Assembly: GCA_945876935.1 (NCBI GenBank)
Contig: CAMCQA010000003.1
Location: 7,008 to 71,007 of the forward strand
Direction of reading: 5' to 3'
Origin: an uncultured Clostridia bacterium
Lineage (GTDB): Bacteria; Bacillota; Clostridia; Peptostreptococcales; Anaerovoracaceae
Length of the DNA: 64,000 nucleotides
In this document: positions 51,214 through 59,344 of the stretch, piece after piece
How the letters are laid out: the number at the start of each line of letters is the position of its first letter
Numbering within the stretch: the first letter of the stretch is position 1
The notes under the pieces: model-generated
Database searches by the model: none
The model's input: only the letters and a program-made list of their open reading frames with translations
What the model was told of the DNA's origin: nothing
Program-made: the position numbers and the translations under genes

Positions 51214-52044
51214 TTATATATTTTGTGGCGCTAAATGATTTACAGACCACTGACCTTCACCTATGGCTAGTTCCTGTGATAAAACAAGGTTCATATATTT
51301 TTTAGCTAGCTTAACACTATCTTCCATGGATAGTCCTTTTGCAAGGTTAGTAGCAATAGCGGAAGATAAGCAGCATCCTGTACCATGAGTATTTCTACTT
51401 TTTATTCTAGGTGCCTCTATCCACAAACCCTTTCCTCTATAAAAAAGATAGTCTCTTGCATAGGATTCATCTCTATTCTGTTCGCTTAAATCAGCTTTTG
51501 TATGTCCGCCTTTAATTAGTACGCCTCCTCTTACCATTCTAGAAATTTTTTCAGCAGCGAGCTCAGTTTCATAATCGTTATCAATACTCATTTCTGATAA
51601 AAATTCTGCTTCAGAAAGATTCGGAGTAAGTAAGTCCACTTGTGGCATAAGGCTACTTTTTATTTCTTCTATGGATTCTTTTGAAGATAAGAGAACTCCA
51701 CTAGAAGAAACTAAAACAGGGTCATAAACTATGTTTTTTTGTTGCTCATTTGAAAGTTTTAAAGCTAATGATTCTGCTGTATCTTTACTGTATATCATAC
51801 CTATTTTTACACTATCAGGTCTTATATCTTCATATATTGCGTTCAGTTGACTCTCAAACATATCTATACATACTGGAATGACCTTATATACAGACTTTGT
51901 ATTTTGAGCTGTAAGAGCTGATATTACAGCCATAGCATATGCTCCATGATTGTGTATCGTCTTAATATCTCCCTGTATCCCTGCTCCACCACTAGGGTCT
52001 GAGCCAGCCACAGATAAAACTTTTGCAACTTCTATTTTATTCAT
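51214..52044 (-). CDS. thiD: HMP/HMP-P kinase
   Basis: AGSDPSGGAGIQGDIKT, VKIGM, DPVLVSSSG, TPNLSEA, HGTGC. Confidence 0.95.
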   Translation of the reverse strand: MNKIEVAKVLSVAGSDPSGGAGIQGDIKTIHNHGAYAMAVISALTAQNTKSVYKVIPVCIDMFESQLNAIYEDIRPDSVKIGMIYSKDTAESLALKLSNEQQKNIVYDPVLVSSSGVLLSSKESIEEIKSSLMPQVDLLTPNLSEAEFLSEMSIDNDYETELAAEKISRMVRGGVLIKGGHTKADLSEQNRDESYARDYLFYRGKGLWIEAPRIKSRNTHGTGCCLSSAIATNLAKGLSMEDSVKLAKKYMNLVLSQELAIGEGQWSVNHLAPQNI

Positions 52045-52709
52045 AGTTTCTCTCCAAGCAAAGCCTCTACTTCTTTTAATATTAGTCTACAGTGAGATTT
52101 TATCTCACAAATATCTTTAGAGTAAATATCAGATATAATAGCAACACCATTTGTATTATAACTTTCTAATAATTTAATATTCTCAAAAGTTATTCCACCT
52201 ATTGCGACAATCGGTATGTCAACTGTGTGGCTTATTTCCTTAAATACTTCTGGTTTTATAGCATCTGCATCTAGCTTCGTTTCTGTTGAAAATACTGCTC
52301 CTACACCTATATAATCGGCACCTTTATTTTGCGCCTCAACAGCTTCCCTTAGATTTCCTGCCGATACGCCTATAACGGATAAGGATCCTAAAACTTCTCT
52401 TGCAAAGTTTATGCTATCATCATCTTGCCCTAAATGTACCCCGTCAGCACCTACACGCTTAGCAACCTCTATATTATCATTGACAATGAATAAAGCATTG
52501 TATTTATGACATAACTTCTTTATACGAGTAGCCTCTTCAATCATGCTATCTATGTCCATATTTTTTTCTCTCATTTGAACGATACCAACACCGCCCTTTA
52601 GGGATTCTTCTATTTTAGCATAAAAGGTTTCGTCTGAATCGCTCCATCTTCTATCAGTTATTGCATATAGCTTAATTTTCTCATAATCAAGATTTCTAAA
52701 CGATTTCAT
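52041..52709 (-). CDS. thiE: Thiamine-phosphate synthase
   Basis: LYAITDR, QMREK, IVND, GVHLGQDD, VAIGGI. Start 52709 follows an AGGAG RBS and overlaps the thiM stop. Confidence 0.95.
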   Translation of the reverse strand: MKSFRNLDYEKIKLYAITDRRWSDSDETFYAKIEESLKGGVGIVQMREKNMDIDSMIEEATRIKKLCHKYNALFIVNDNIEVAKRVGADGVHLGQDDDSINFAREVLGSLSVIGVSAGNLREAVEAQNKGADYIGVGAVFSTETKLDADAIKPEVFKEISHTVDIPIVAIGGITFENIKLLESYNTNGVAIISDIYSKDICEIKSHCRLILKEVEALLGEKL

Positions 52710-53529
52710 ATCTTCCTCTCTCCTTGAAAATAGCTTCATCTATCTCACTCATAGCATCTATAAGTTTTATGCCATAACTGCCGCAGGACTGATTTTCATG
52801 TAAATTTTCATAAGCAAGCTCACCGCTTATGCCCATAGTTATAACTGCAGAAACTGACGCTTCAAAAATACAATCAGGATTGGCAGAAATAAAGGCTGCT
52901 ACCACGCTGGATAACTGACATCCCGAGCCTGTGATTTTTTCCATCATAGAATGTCCATTGAAAACCCTAACTATGCTTCTTCCATCTGAAATAATATCAA
53001 CCTCCCCTGTCGTTATCACTACTGCATCAAGCTCTTTTGCAAGCTCTCTTGTCATAAATTCGGCAGAAGATAAACTCAAATGCTTCTTATCTTCTTCAGA
53101 AACATCCACACCTTTGCTGTGATGCTTTTTCTCCCAAATAGACCTTATTTCAGAAAGATTTCCCTTTATAACATCAGGTTTAATTTTTTTCAAAATATTC
53201 ATAGCTACTTCAAATCTAAATTTTGAAGCGCCTACTCCTACGGGATCGAACACGATTGGGTGATCGAGCCTTTTAGCAGTTTCACCAGCTCTTAGAATTG
53301 ACTCTATTCTATTGCTATTAATTGTCCCTATATTAATATTCAAGCCTTTTGATATGCTCTGTATATCCTCAACTTCCATAATTTCATCAGCCATTACAGG
53401 CGATGCTCCACATGCTAAAGTGATATTAGCACATGGGTTTGCTGTAACATAATTTGTTATATTGTGAACTAAGGGCGATATATTTTTAACTCTAGCTATA
53501 GCATCCCAAAGAGCTTGAAAATCTATCAT
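52696..53529 (-). CDS. thiM: Hydroxyethylthiazole kinase
   Basis: PLVHNITNYV, GASPVMA, DPVGVGAS, IKGNLSE, ITGSGC. Confidence 0.95.
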   Translation of the reverse strand: MIDFQALWDAIARVKNISPLVHNITNYVTANPCANITLACGASPVMADEIMEVEDIQSISKGLNINIGTINSNRIESILRAGETAKRLDHPIVFDPVGVGASKFRFEVAMNILKKIKPDVIKGNLSEIRSIWEKKHHSKGVDVSEEDKKHLSLSSAEFMTRELAKELDAVVITTGEVDIISDGRSIVRVFNGHSMMEKITGSGCQLSSVVAAFISANPDCIFEASVSAVITMGISGELAYENLHENQSCGSYGIKLIDAMSEIDEAIFKERGRYEIV

Positions 53530-53541
53530 TGTGTATTCTCC

Positions 53542-54051
53542 TTATCTAAGTTCTTCCTGCATTTTAGGAAGAACTCCCATTTTATCAAGAGATATAGCAA
53601 GTATACCTGCTATAACACTTCCTGCAACAGTAGAAATTAAAAACGGTGTTACATATACATAAAAAGCTAATTCTCCACCTTTTCCCATAATAAGAGTCGC
53701 AACAGGGTAAGCAAGAAGTCCTCCGATAATACCAGTTCCTACTATCTCTCCTACAACAGCCGCTGTTACACTTTTAGTTTTGCTATAAAGTGTACTACTT
53801 AAAAAGGCGCCTATCATACTCCCTGGGAAAGCTAGCAAGCTACCCAATCCTAGAATATTTCTAAGAACACTAGCTGAAAAGGCTACGCTAACACCGTAGT
53901 ATCTTCCCAATAAAACTGCACACATAACATTTACAAAATGTTGTACAGGTGCACATTTACTAGCTAATACAGGAAATGTAATAAAGCTACCTACAACGCA
54001 AAGTCCGCATAAAAGACTTGCTAAAACCAATTTTTTACTGTTCTTGTTCAT
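53542..54051 (-). CDS. thiW: ECF transporter S-component ThiW (thiazole precursor uptake)
   Basis: PVQHFVNV, LRNILGLGSLLAFPGSMIGA, GEIVGTGIIG; first gene of the thi operon. Confidence 0.92.
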   Translation of the reverse strand: MNKNSKKLVLASLLCGLCVVGSFITFPVLASKCAPVQHFVNVMCAVLLGRYYGVSVAFSASVLRNILGLGSLLAFPGSMIGAFLSSTLYSKTKSVTAAVVGEIVGTGIIGGLLAYPVATLIMGKGGELAFYVYVTPFLISTVAGSVIAGILAISLDKMGVLPKMQEELR

Positions 54052-54069
54052 CTTTAACTCCTTTACATA

Positions 54070-54221
54070 GGAAATCGTATAACAGAACGATTTCCAAAAA
54101 ATAAAAATATCTTGGTCGGTCGAAACTTAAGGTTTCCTCTCACGCCGCAACACGGCTTCCCATCGCTGTTATACAAGACCTATAGACGCTCCTCTAAGGT
54201 CCGCTACTCTCGTAGATATTT
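54070..54221 (-). ncRNA. Second cis-regulatory RNA element: TPP-like half aptamer plus switchable hairpin (candidate novel riboswitch)
   Basis: Closing stem 54214-54221/54105-54112; UGAGAGG-GAAAC/GUUUC-GACC module; 13-bp alternative pairing (54162-54174 with 54077-54091) competes with hairpin 54070-54095. Confidence 0.6.
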
Positions 54222-54265
54222 CCTGCAATAGAGTTTATACAATAAAGCAGAATTTTTTAATATAA

Positions 54266-54289
54266 AACAGGGCCCTGATAGAGCCCTGT
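54266..54289 (-). terminator. Attenuator terminator of the TPP riboswitch
   Basis: ACAGGGCUC-UAUCA-GGGCCCUGU followed by UUUAUAUU. Confidence 0.8.
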
Positions 54290-54291
54290 AA

Positions 54292-54392
54292 AAAACATCT
54301 TTGTTCCTACGACGGCATTATCCGTATCAGGTATATGGGTCGAGACTCTATTGTCTCCTCTCAGCCTGATATACAAGCTCCCCGGTTTTATT
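54292..54392 (-). ncRNA. TPP riboswitch
   Basis: GGGGAGC..GCUGAGAGG-P3a-GACCC-AUAU-ACCUGAU-ACGG-AUAAUG-CCGU-CGUAGG; all canonical motifs present upstream of thiamine genes. Confidence 0.95.
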
Positions 54393-54406
54393 ATCATTGT
54401 AATATA

Positions 54407-55429
54407 TTACTTAAATTTTCTTCTTCTGTTTAGAGCACTCTTCTGTAATACATCTATATTTTCAAGAGCTCTACCTGTTCCAACTGCCACACAGTTCATA
54501 GGATTTTCAGCTATCTTAACATTGATACCTGTTCTATTTCTTATTCTCTCATCTATACCGTACAGTAGAGCACCTCCACCTGTAACTATGATTCCACTAT
54601 TGCTTATATCTGCAGCAAGCTCCGGTGGTGTTTTTTCTAAAACAGAGTGAATAGCTTCACATATAGCATGCAAAGGTTCTTCCAAGGCTTCTAGCATATC
54701 TGTAGATGTAACTGTAACCTCTCTTGGAAGACCTGTAACAAGGTCTCTTCCACTACAAACAGCAGTAAGCTCTTCGTCTCTTTTCCAAGCAGTTCCTATT
54801 TCTTTCTTTAGCTTTTCAGCCATTCTTTCACCGATGTAAAGTCTGTTCTTCTTTCTCATGAACTTGACGATAGCCTCGTCCATTCTATCTCCAGCAACTT
54901 TCAAAGATGTACTTGCAACTATACCACCTAATGAAATTACAGCTACGTCAGATGTTCCTCCGCCTATATCAACAACGAAAATCCCCTCTGGTCTAGATAC
55001 ATCAAGATCAGCACCTATAGCTGCTGCTAAAGGCTCTTCCATTAGAAATACATCTTTTCCTCCAGCCTGTGCTGCTGCTTCTCTAACAGCCCTTTTCTCA
55101 ACTTCAGTTACACCACTAGGAACACAAACCATTATTCTTGGCTTGAAAAATCTTCCTTTACCTACAGTTTTTCTTATGAAGTATTTAAGCATTCTCTCAG
55201 TAACATCGTAGTCTGAGATTACACCATCTCTCAAAGGTCTAAGAGCAATAATATTGGCAGGAGTTCTACCTAACATTTCTTTAGCTTCCTGTCCCACAGC
55301 TAGGATTTCATCCGTTTCTTCATCTACTGCAACAACGGAAGGTTCTTCTAAAACAACTCCCTTACCTTTTATATATACAAGTACGTTTGCCGTACCTAAG
55401 TCGATTCCTACTTCTTCTGTAAATGCCAT
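54407..55429 (-). CDS. mbl: MreB paralogue (Mbl)
   Basis: GIDLGTANV, RPLRDGVISDY, VPSGVTEVEKRAV, DIGGGTSD; stand-alone location; start after AGGAAGG. Confidence 0.88.
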   Translation of the reverse strand: MAFTEEVGIDLGTANVLVYIKGKGVVLEEPSVVAVDEETDEILAVGQEAKEMLGRTPANIIALRPLRDGVISDYDVTERMLKYFIRKTVGKGRFFKPRIMVCVPSGVTEVEKRAVREAAAQAGGKDVFLMEEPLAAAIGADLDVSRPEGIFVVDIGGGTSDVAVISLGGIVASTSLKVAGDRMDEAIVKFMRKKNRLYIGERMAEKLKKEIGTAWKRDEELTAVCSGRDLVTGLPREVTVTSTDMLEALEEPLHAICEAIHSVLEKTPPELAADISNSGIIVTGGGALLYGIDERIRNRTGINVKIAENPMNCVAVGTGRALENIDVLQKSALNRRRKFK

Positions 55430-55500
55430 AATAAGCTTCCTTCCTGACAAATTTATTTATATTAAATTAACTTTAATTATGTTCATTATTTATCTAGTTT

Positions 55501-55529
55501 ATTATAATGTAGAAATTAATAAAAATCAA
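55501..55529 (-). promoter_or_regulatory. Sigma-A promoter of mbl
   Basis: TTGATT (55524-55529), 17 bp spacer, TATAAT (55501-55506). Confidence 0.7.
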
Positions 55530-55623
55530 GATACTATGACAAGTATGACCGTTCTATCACTTACAATTAACATTTTTAAATCTAAGCACTCAATTTAGTC
55601 TTAAATAAAACCCTATATAAAGC

Positions 55624-55661
55624 AAAAAGAACCCTATAACACTCTCAGTTAAGGTTCTTTT
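55624..55661 (-). terminator. Terminator ending the cobalamin-riboswitch read-through transcript
   Basis: AAAAGAACCU-UAAC..GUUA-U-AGGGUUCUUUUU hairpin with U tract. Confidence 0.7.
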
Positions 55662-55810
55662 CTAGGAATTATAATTATTTTGAAGTGGACTTAAAGATAT
55701 GCGACGGGATGTATCATAATATTATCATGGAATTTTATTAACTTTGATTGTTTGTAGTTGTGTATTTTCGTTATTAAAACTTAATATTTAAGTACCTTAT
55801 CATCTGCAAT

Positions 55811-55835
55811 AAAAAAGCTCAACTTTTCGTTGAGC
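55811..55835 (-). terminator. Attenuator terminator of the cobalamin riboswitch
   Basis: GCUCAAC-GAAAA-GUUGAGC followed by UUUUUUAUU. Confidence 0.85.
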
Positions 55836-55888
55836 AAACAAAACTAGCCTATTTAAACTACTCTAATCCCATCGCTCGTAGAATTAAC

Positions 55889-55977
55889 TATCTTATACTG
55901 GTAATCTGACTTAGCCTAAGCTTCACAGTGGCGTGACCGTTCAAGAATTTCACTTGATTCCCCGTATGTATAAAATC
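55889..55977 (-). ncRNA. Cobalamin (B12) riboswitch, compact form
   Basis: GGGGAA, UCAAG-UGAAAUU-CUUGA hairpin, ACGGUCAC-GCCACUGUG, AAGUCAG; ends pair (AUUUUAUAC/GUAUAAGAU). Confidence 0.88.
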
Positions 55978-55995
55978 TATTGCATTGATAAGTCA

Positions 55996-56025
55996 ATTAT
56001 ACTATTAGTTTGTCAAAACTGTCAA
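55996..56025 (-). promoter_or_regulatory. Consensus sigma-A promoter driving the B12 riboswitch RNA
   Basis: TTGACA (56020-56025), 18 bp spacer, TATAAT (55996-56001). Confidence 0.78.
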
Positions 56026-56083
56026 CCCCACAAACCCCTAAATTTAAGGATTAATATAAATTTATAAAGAGTTTTTATCTAAC

Positions 56084-56108
56084 AAAAAAGGAAGCTGAGC
56101 TTCCTTTT
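56084..56108 (-). terminator. Terminator after cysK
   Basis: AAAAGGAAGC-UCA-GCUUCCUUUUUU. Confidence 0.8.
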
Positions 56109-56114
56109 ATTTTT

Positions 56115-57044
56115 TTATTCTGCTGCGTCAAAAACTCCTGTCGAAAGATATCTTTCTCCTGTATCAGGTAAAAGAACTACAATGTTTTTACCTTCGTTTT
56201 CAACTCTTGAAGCAACTTCCTTCGCTGCAAAAGCAGCTGCTCCTGACGATATACCGCATAGTAAGCCTTCCTCCTTAGCTAAAGCTCTTGTAGCCTCCCA
56301 TGCATCCTCGTTTGATACATCAATTACTTCATCGTAAATATCTTCATTTAGAACACTAGGTATAAACCCTGCACTTATTCCAGGTATCTTATGAGGTCCT
56401 GCCACACCTTTTGTCAACAGAGGAGATGCAGCTGGCTCTACAGCTATAACTTTTATACTAGGATTTTTAGATTTTAAGTATTCTCCTATACCTGTAATAG
56501 TTCCACCAGATCCTATTCCAGCAATAAAGATGTCTACCTTGCCTTCTGTATCTTCCCAAATTTCTGGTCCAGTCATTTCTATATGAGCCTTTATATTATC
56601 TCTGTTATCAAACTGCCCAGCAATCCAAGAGCTTTCAATCTGCTCAGCCAACTCCTTTGACTTTGCAATAGAACCCTTCATTCCAAGAGCACCTTCTGTT
56701 AAAACAACTTCAGAGCCATAGGCTTTCATAAGATTCTGTCTCTCAACTGTCATTGTATCAGGCATAACTATTATAGTTCTATAACCTTTAGCTGCTGCTA
56801 TAGCAGATATACCTATACCTGTGTTTCCTGAAGTTGGCTCTATTATTGTGCTTCCTTCTTTAAGAATACCTTTCTTTTCAGCCTCTTCAATCATATATTT
56901 AGCTGCTCTATCTTTGACACTTCCAGTAGGATTACTTCTCTCAAGCTTAGCAATAATATGTCCCCCAACTTCTTTACCAAAGTTAGATAAATTCACTAAA
57001 GGAGTTCTTCCTACTAGATCACTTACATTCTTATATATTTTCAT
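56115..57044 (-). CDS. cysK: Cysteine synthase A
   Basis: PLP lysine motif NPTGSVKDR, PTSGNTG, GIGSGGT, LPDTGERYLST. Confidence 0.95.
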   Translation of the reverse strand: MKIYKNVSDLVGRTPLVNLSNFGKEVGGHIIAKLERSNPTGSVKDRAAKYMIEEAEKKGILKEGSTIIEPTSGNTGIGISAIAAAKGYRTIIVMPDTMTVERQNLMKAYGSEVVLTEGALGMKGSIAKSKELAEQIESSWIAGQFDNRDNIKAHIEMTGPEIWEDTEGKVDIFIAGIGSGGTITGIGEYLKSKNPSIKVIAVEPAASPLLTKGVAGPHKIPGISAGFIPSVLNEDIYDEVIDVSNEDAWEATRALAKEEGLLCGISSGAAAFAAKEVASRVENEGKNIVVLLPDTGERYLSTGVFDAAE

Positions 57045-57078
57045 TTTTCCCTCTTTCTAGGTAAGAGTATCTTTGTAA

Positions 57079-57555
57079 TTAACTTACCTTTATAGTTTTA
57101 ATCTTCTGATCTTCAAAAGGTTTATCCATAGGGTCTCTATCTACTGATACAATTTTATCAGCTGCTTCGATTCCTTCTGTAACCTTTCCGAAAGCTGCAT
57201 ACTGACCGTCTAAATGTGGAGATTCTTCAACCATGATGAAAAACTGAGAACCTGCAGAGTTAGGCGCCATAGTTCTAGCCATTGAAAGAACACCTCTTTC
57301 ATGTCTAAGGTTGTTTACATGACCATTCATATTGAACTCACCCTTGATAGTATGACCCGGACCACCTGTACCTGTTCCGTTAGGACAACCTCCCTGAATC
57401 ATAAAACCTGGTATAACTCTGTGAAAAATTAATCCATCATAGAACCCTTCATTTGCAAGCTTTTCGAAATTTTCAACTGTTATTGGAGCAATATCTTCAT
57501 ACAGTTCACCCTTCATAACATCGCCGTTTTCCATTTCAATTATAAAATTTTTCAT
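57079..57555 (-). CDS. ppiB: Cyclophilin-type peptidyl-prolyl isomerase
   Basis: FHRVIPGFMIQGG, LSMAR, SAGSQFFI, HLDGQYAAFG. Confidence 0.93.
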   Translation of the reverse strand: MKNFIIEMENGDVMKGELYEDIAPITVENFEKLANEGFYDGLIFHRVIPGFMIQGGCPNGTGTGGPGHTIKGEFNMNGHVNNLRHERGVLSMARTMAPNSAGSQFFIMVEESPHLDGQYAAFGKVTEGIEAADKIVSVDRDPMDKPFEDQKIKTIKVS

Positions 57556-57617
57556 ATCTATTTCTCCTTAATTATTTTTATTACTACTAATATATTTATT
57601 TACAATATCTATACTTT

Positions 57618-58139
57618 CTAAACTAAGAAAATACCACCTATAACACCTGATATAAAAAGTATTAACATAGGATTTTTTTTAAATATCACAGAACCTACAA
57701 AAGCTAGACATACAATAAAAATTGTAACATAGCCAAATTCAACACCTTTTGCCATTATAAAAACAGCACTTAAAATAAGTCCTAAACTAGAGGCTTTAAC
57801 GCCCTCTAAAAAACTCTTAGTATAGTCATTTTCCTTCATTTTGTTCCAAAGTTTCATACCTAAAAACATGACTATTACTGAGGGGATCGTAGCCGCTAAA
57901 GTAGCTAAGGCTGCCGTTAAAAAACCTCCTTTTTCTAGACCTATATATGTAGCTAAGTTCAAAGCTATCATTCCAGGTGTAACTTGGCTGACTACTATAA
58001 TATTTGCAAACTCATCATAATTGATAAGTCCATAGGATTGGAGATTCTGATATATAGCAGGAATCATTGCTGTTCCACCACCGAAGCTTAAGGCTCCTAT
58101 TTTAAAGAAGATGATAGACATAAGTAAATTGGTATTCAC
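57618..58139 (-). CDS. Chromate-transporter-family (ChrA-like) half transporter
   Basis: FFKIGALSFGGG, SQVTPG, ATYIG; hydrophobic 173 aa. Confidence 0.85.
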   Translation of the reverse strand: MNTNLLMSIIFFKIGALSFGGGTAMIPAIYQNLQSYGLINYDEFANIIVVSQVTPGMIALNLATYIGLEKGGFLTAALATLAATIPSVIVMFLGMKLWNKMKENDYTKSFLEGVKASSLGLILSAVFIMAKGVEFGYVTIFIVCLAFVGSVIFKKNPMLILFISGVIGGIFLV

Positions 58140-58717
58140 TATACATCACCTCTCCTTCTTTTAATTAGGCTTTCCACATAAAAATATGCCATTGCTAAAA
58201 ATCCCCAAGAAAGCATGGTTAAAATAGCTGACCAGCCTAATATTGTTGTAAAAACAAAAGTCATAACAAAGGCCACATAGTGAAAAGGTTTATTAAGCGT
58301 TTTTTTACCTAATGACCAAACTACAGATAACAGAACACCTATTATTCCCGCTTTCATCCCTTTAACTACTGCTATAGCAAGATGATTTTTTGATATAGCC
58401 TCTATGACATCATACAGAAGAACTATAACTATAAATGCAGGTAATATAACTCCAAGTGTAGCTATAACAGAGCCTTTCTTTCCTTTAAGTTTATACCCTA
58501 CAAATGTTGCTAGATTAATAGCTATAACACCTGAAACACTCTGACTAATGGCGATGCACTCCATCATCTCTTCATCAGATAACCATTTTTTCTTATCTAC
58601 AGCCATCTGTCTAATAATGGATATCATGACTAGTCCGCCTCCAATAGTTAGCAAACCTATTTTAAAAAACTCAAAGAATAACTCAAAATATCCAATATCT
58701 GTTTTTTCATTATCCAT
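58139..58717 (-). CDS. Chromate-transporter-family (ChrA-like) half transporter
   Basis: FFKIGLLTIGGG, WLSDEE, ATFVGY; stop overlaps the start of its partner. Confidence 0.85.
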   Translation of the reverse strand: MDNEKTDIGYFELFFEFFKIGLLTIGGGLVMISIIRQMAVDKKKWLSDEEMMECIAISQSVSGVIAINLATFVGYKLKGKKGSVIATLGVILPAFIVIVLLYDVIEAISKNHLAIAVVKGMKAGIIGVLLSVVWSLGKKTLNKPFHYVAFVMTFVFTTILGWSAILTMLSWGFLAMAYFYVESLIKRRRGDV

Positions 58718-58729
58718 TTTGACGATTCC

Positions 58730-59335
58730 TTACTTTCTCACTTTTCCCAAGTGGATATTAAACCTCATACAAAGAAGCCTTATAACCAAAGTAACCCCAA
58801 AGGCAATGTAAATGCTATGGACACTACTTAAAAATTGAAAAGATATAACATAGGCTAAAGCACCACTCAAAGAAGCTGCAGCATATACTTCTTTCTCCAA
58901 TATGAAGGGAACTTCCTTAACACAAACATCTCTTATAAGTCCACCACCTGTACCTGTTAACATGGCAGTGGTTATTACAATAAATACCTGATCATATCCT
59001 GCATTGGTAGATGCTGCCGCCCCTGTTGCAGTGAAAGCTGCAAGTCCTATAGCATCACATATATTGATCAGTCGATTCAAGTGCAATATGTACTTATAGA
59101 ATATGACAATCACTATAACTGTAATTAAGGATATGATGGCAAATATAGGGTCTTCAAGAGAGTTTGGTATTTTTCTATCTATTATTACATCTCTTATTAT
59201 TCCCCCACCTATGGCTGTAACTATAGCAAGAAAGCTTATGCCATAGTAATCCAAGTCATTTTCAATAGCTATTAGAGCTCCTGTCGCTGCAAAAGCAATA
59301 GTTCCTATAAACTCCATAAAAATTATAAAGTCCAT
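58730..59335 (-). CDS. Trimeric intracellular cation channel (TRIC/UPF0126) membrane protein
   Basis: Duplicated motif GTIAFAATG..TAIGGGIIRD and DAIGLAAF..TGTGGGLIRD. Confidence 0.88.
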   Translation of the reverse strand: MDFIIFMEFIGTIAFAATGALIAIENDLDYYGISFLAIVTAIGGGIIRDVIIDRKIPNSLEDPIFAIISLITVIVIVIFYKYILHLNRLINICDAIGLAAFTATGAAASTNAGYDQVFIVITTAMLTGTGGGLIRDVCVKEVPFILEKEVYAAASLSGALAYVISFQFLSSVHSIYIAFGVTLVIRLLCMRFNIHLGKVRK

Positions 59336-59344
59336 TACAACTCC

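Noticed and set aside
54105-54221. THF, yybP-ykoY or T-box interpretation of the second thiW leader element (GAGAGUAG, AUGGGAAG look-alikes)
   Set aside because: It lacks the THF GCGUUAAGUG and CAUCC/CAUUC pseudoknot partner, the yybP CGUCAAUAC core and the T-box UGGxACC. The UGAGAGG-P3a-GACC match to TPP is better.
55662-55810. ANTAR-binding dual hairpins (EutX/Rli55-like) or a small protein downstream of the B12 riboswitch
   Set aside because: No AGCAAxG-type hexaloop hairpins seen. ATG ORFs are 9 codons or fewer, and a ~38-aa product would need a frameshift and lacks an RBS.
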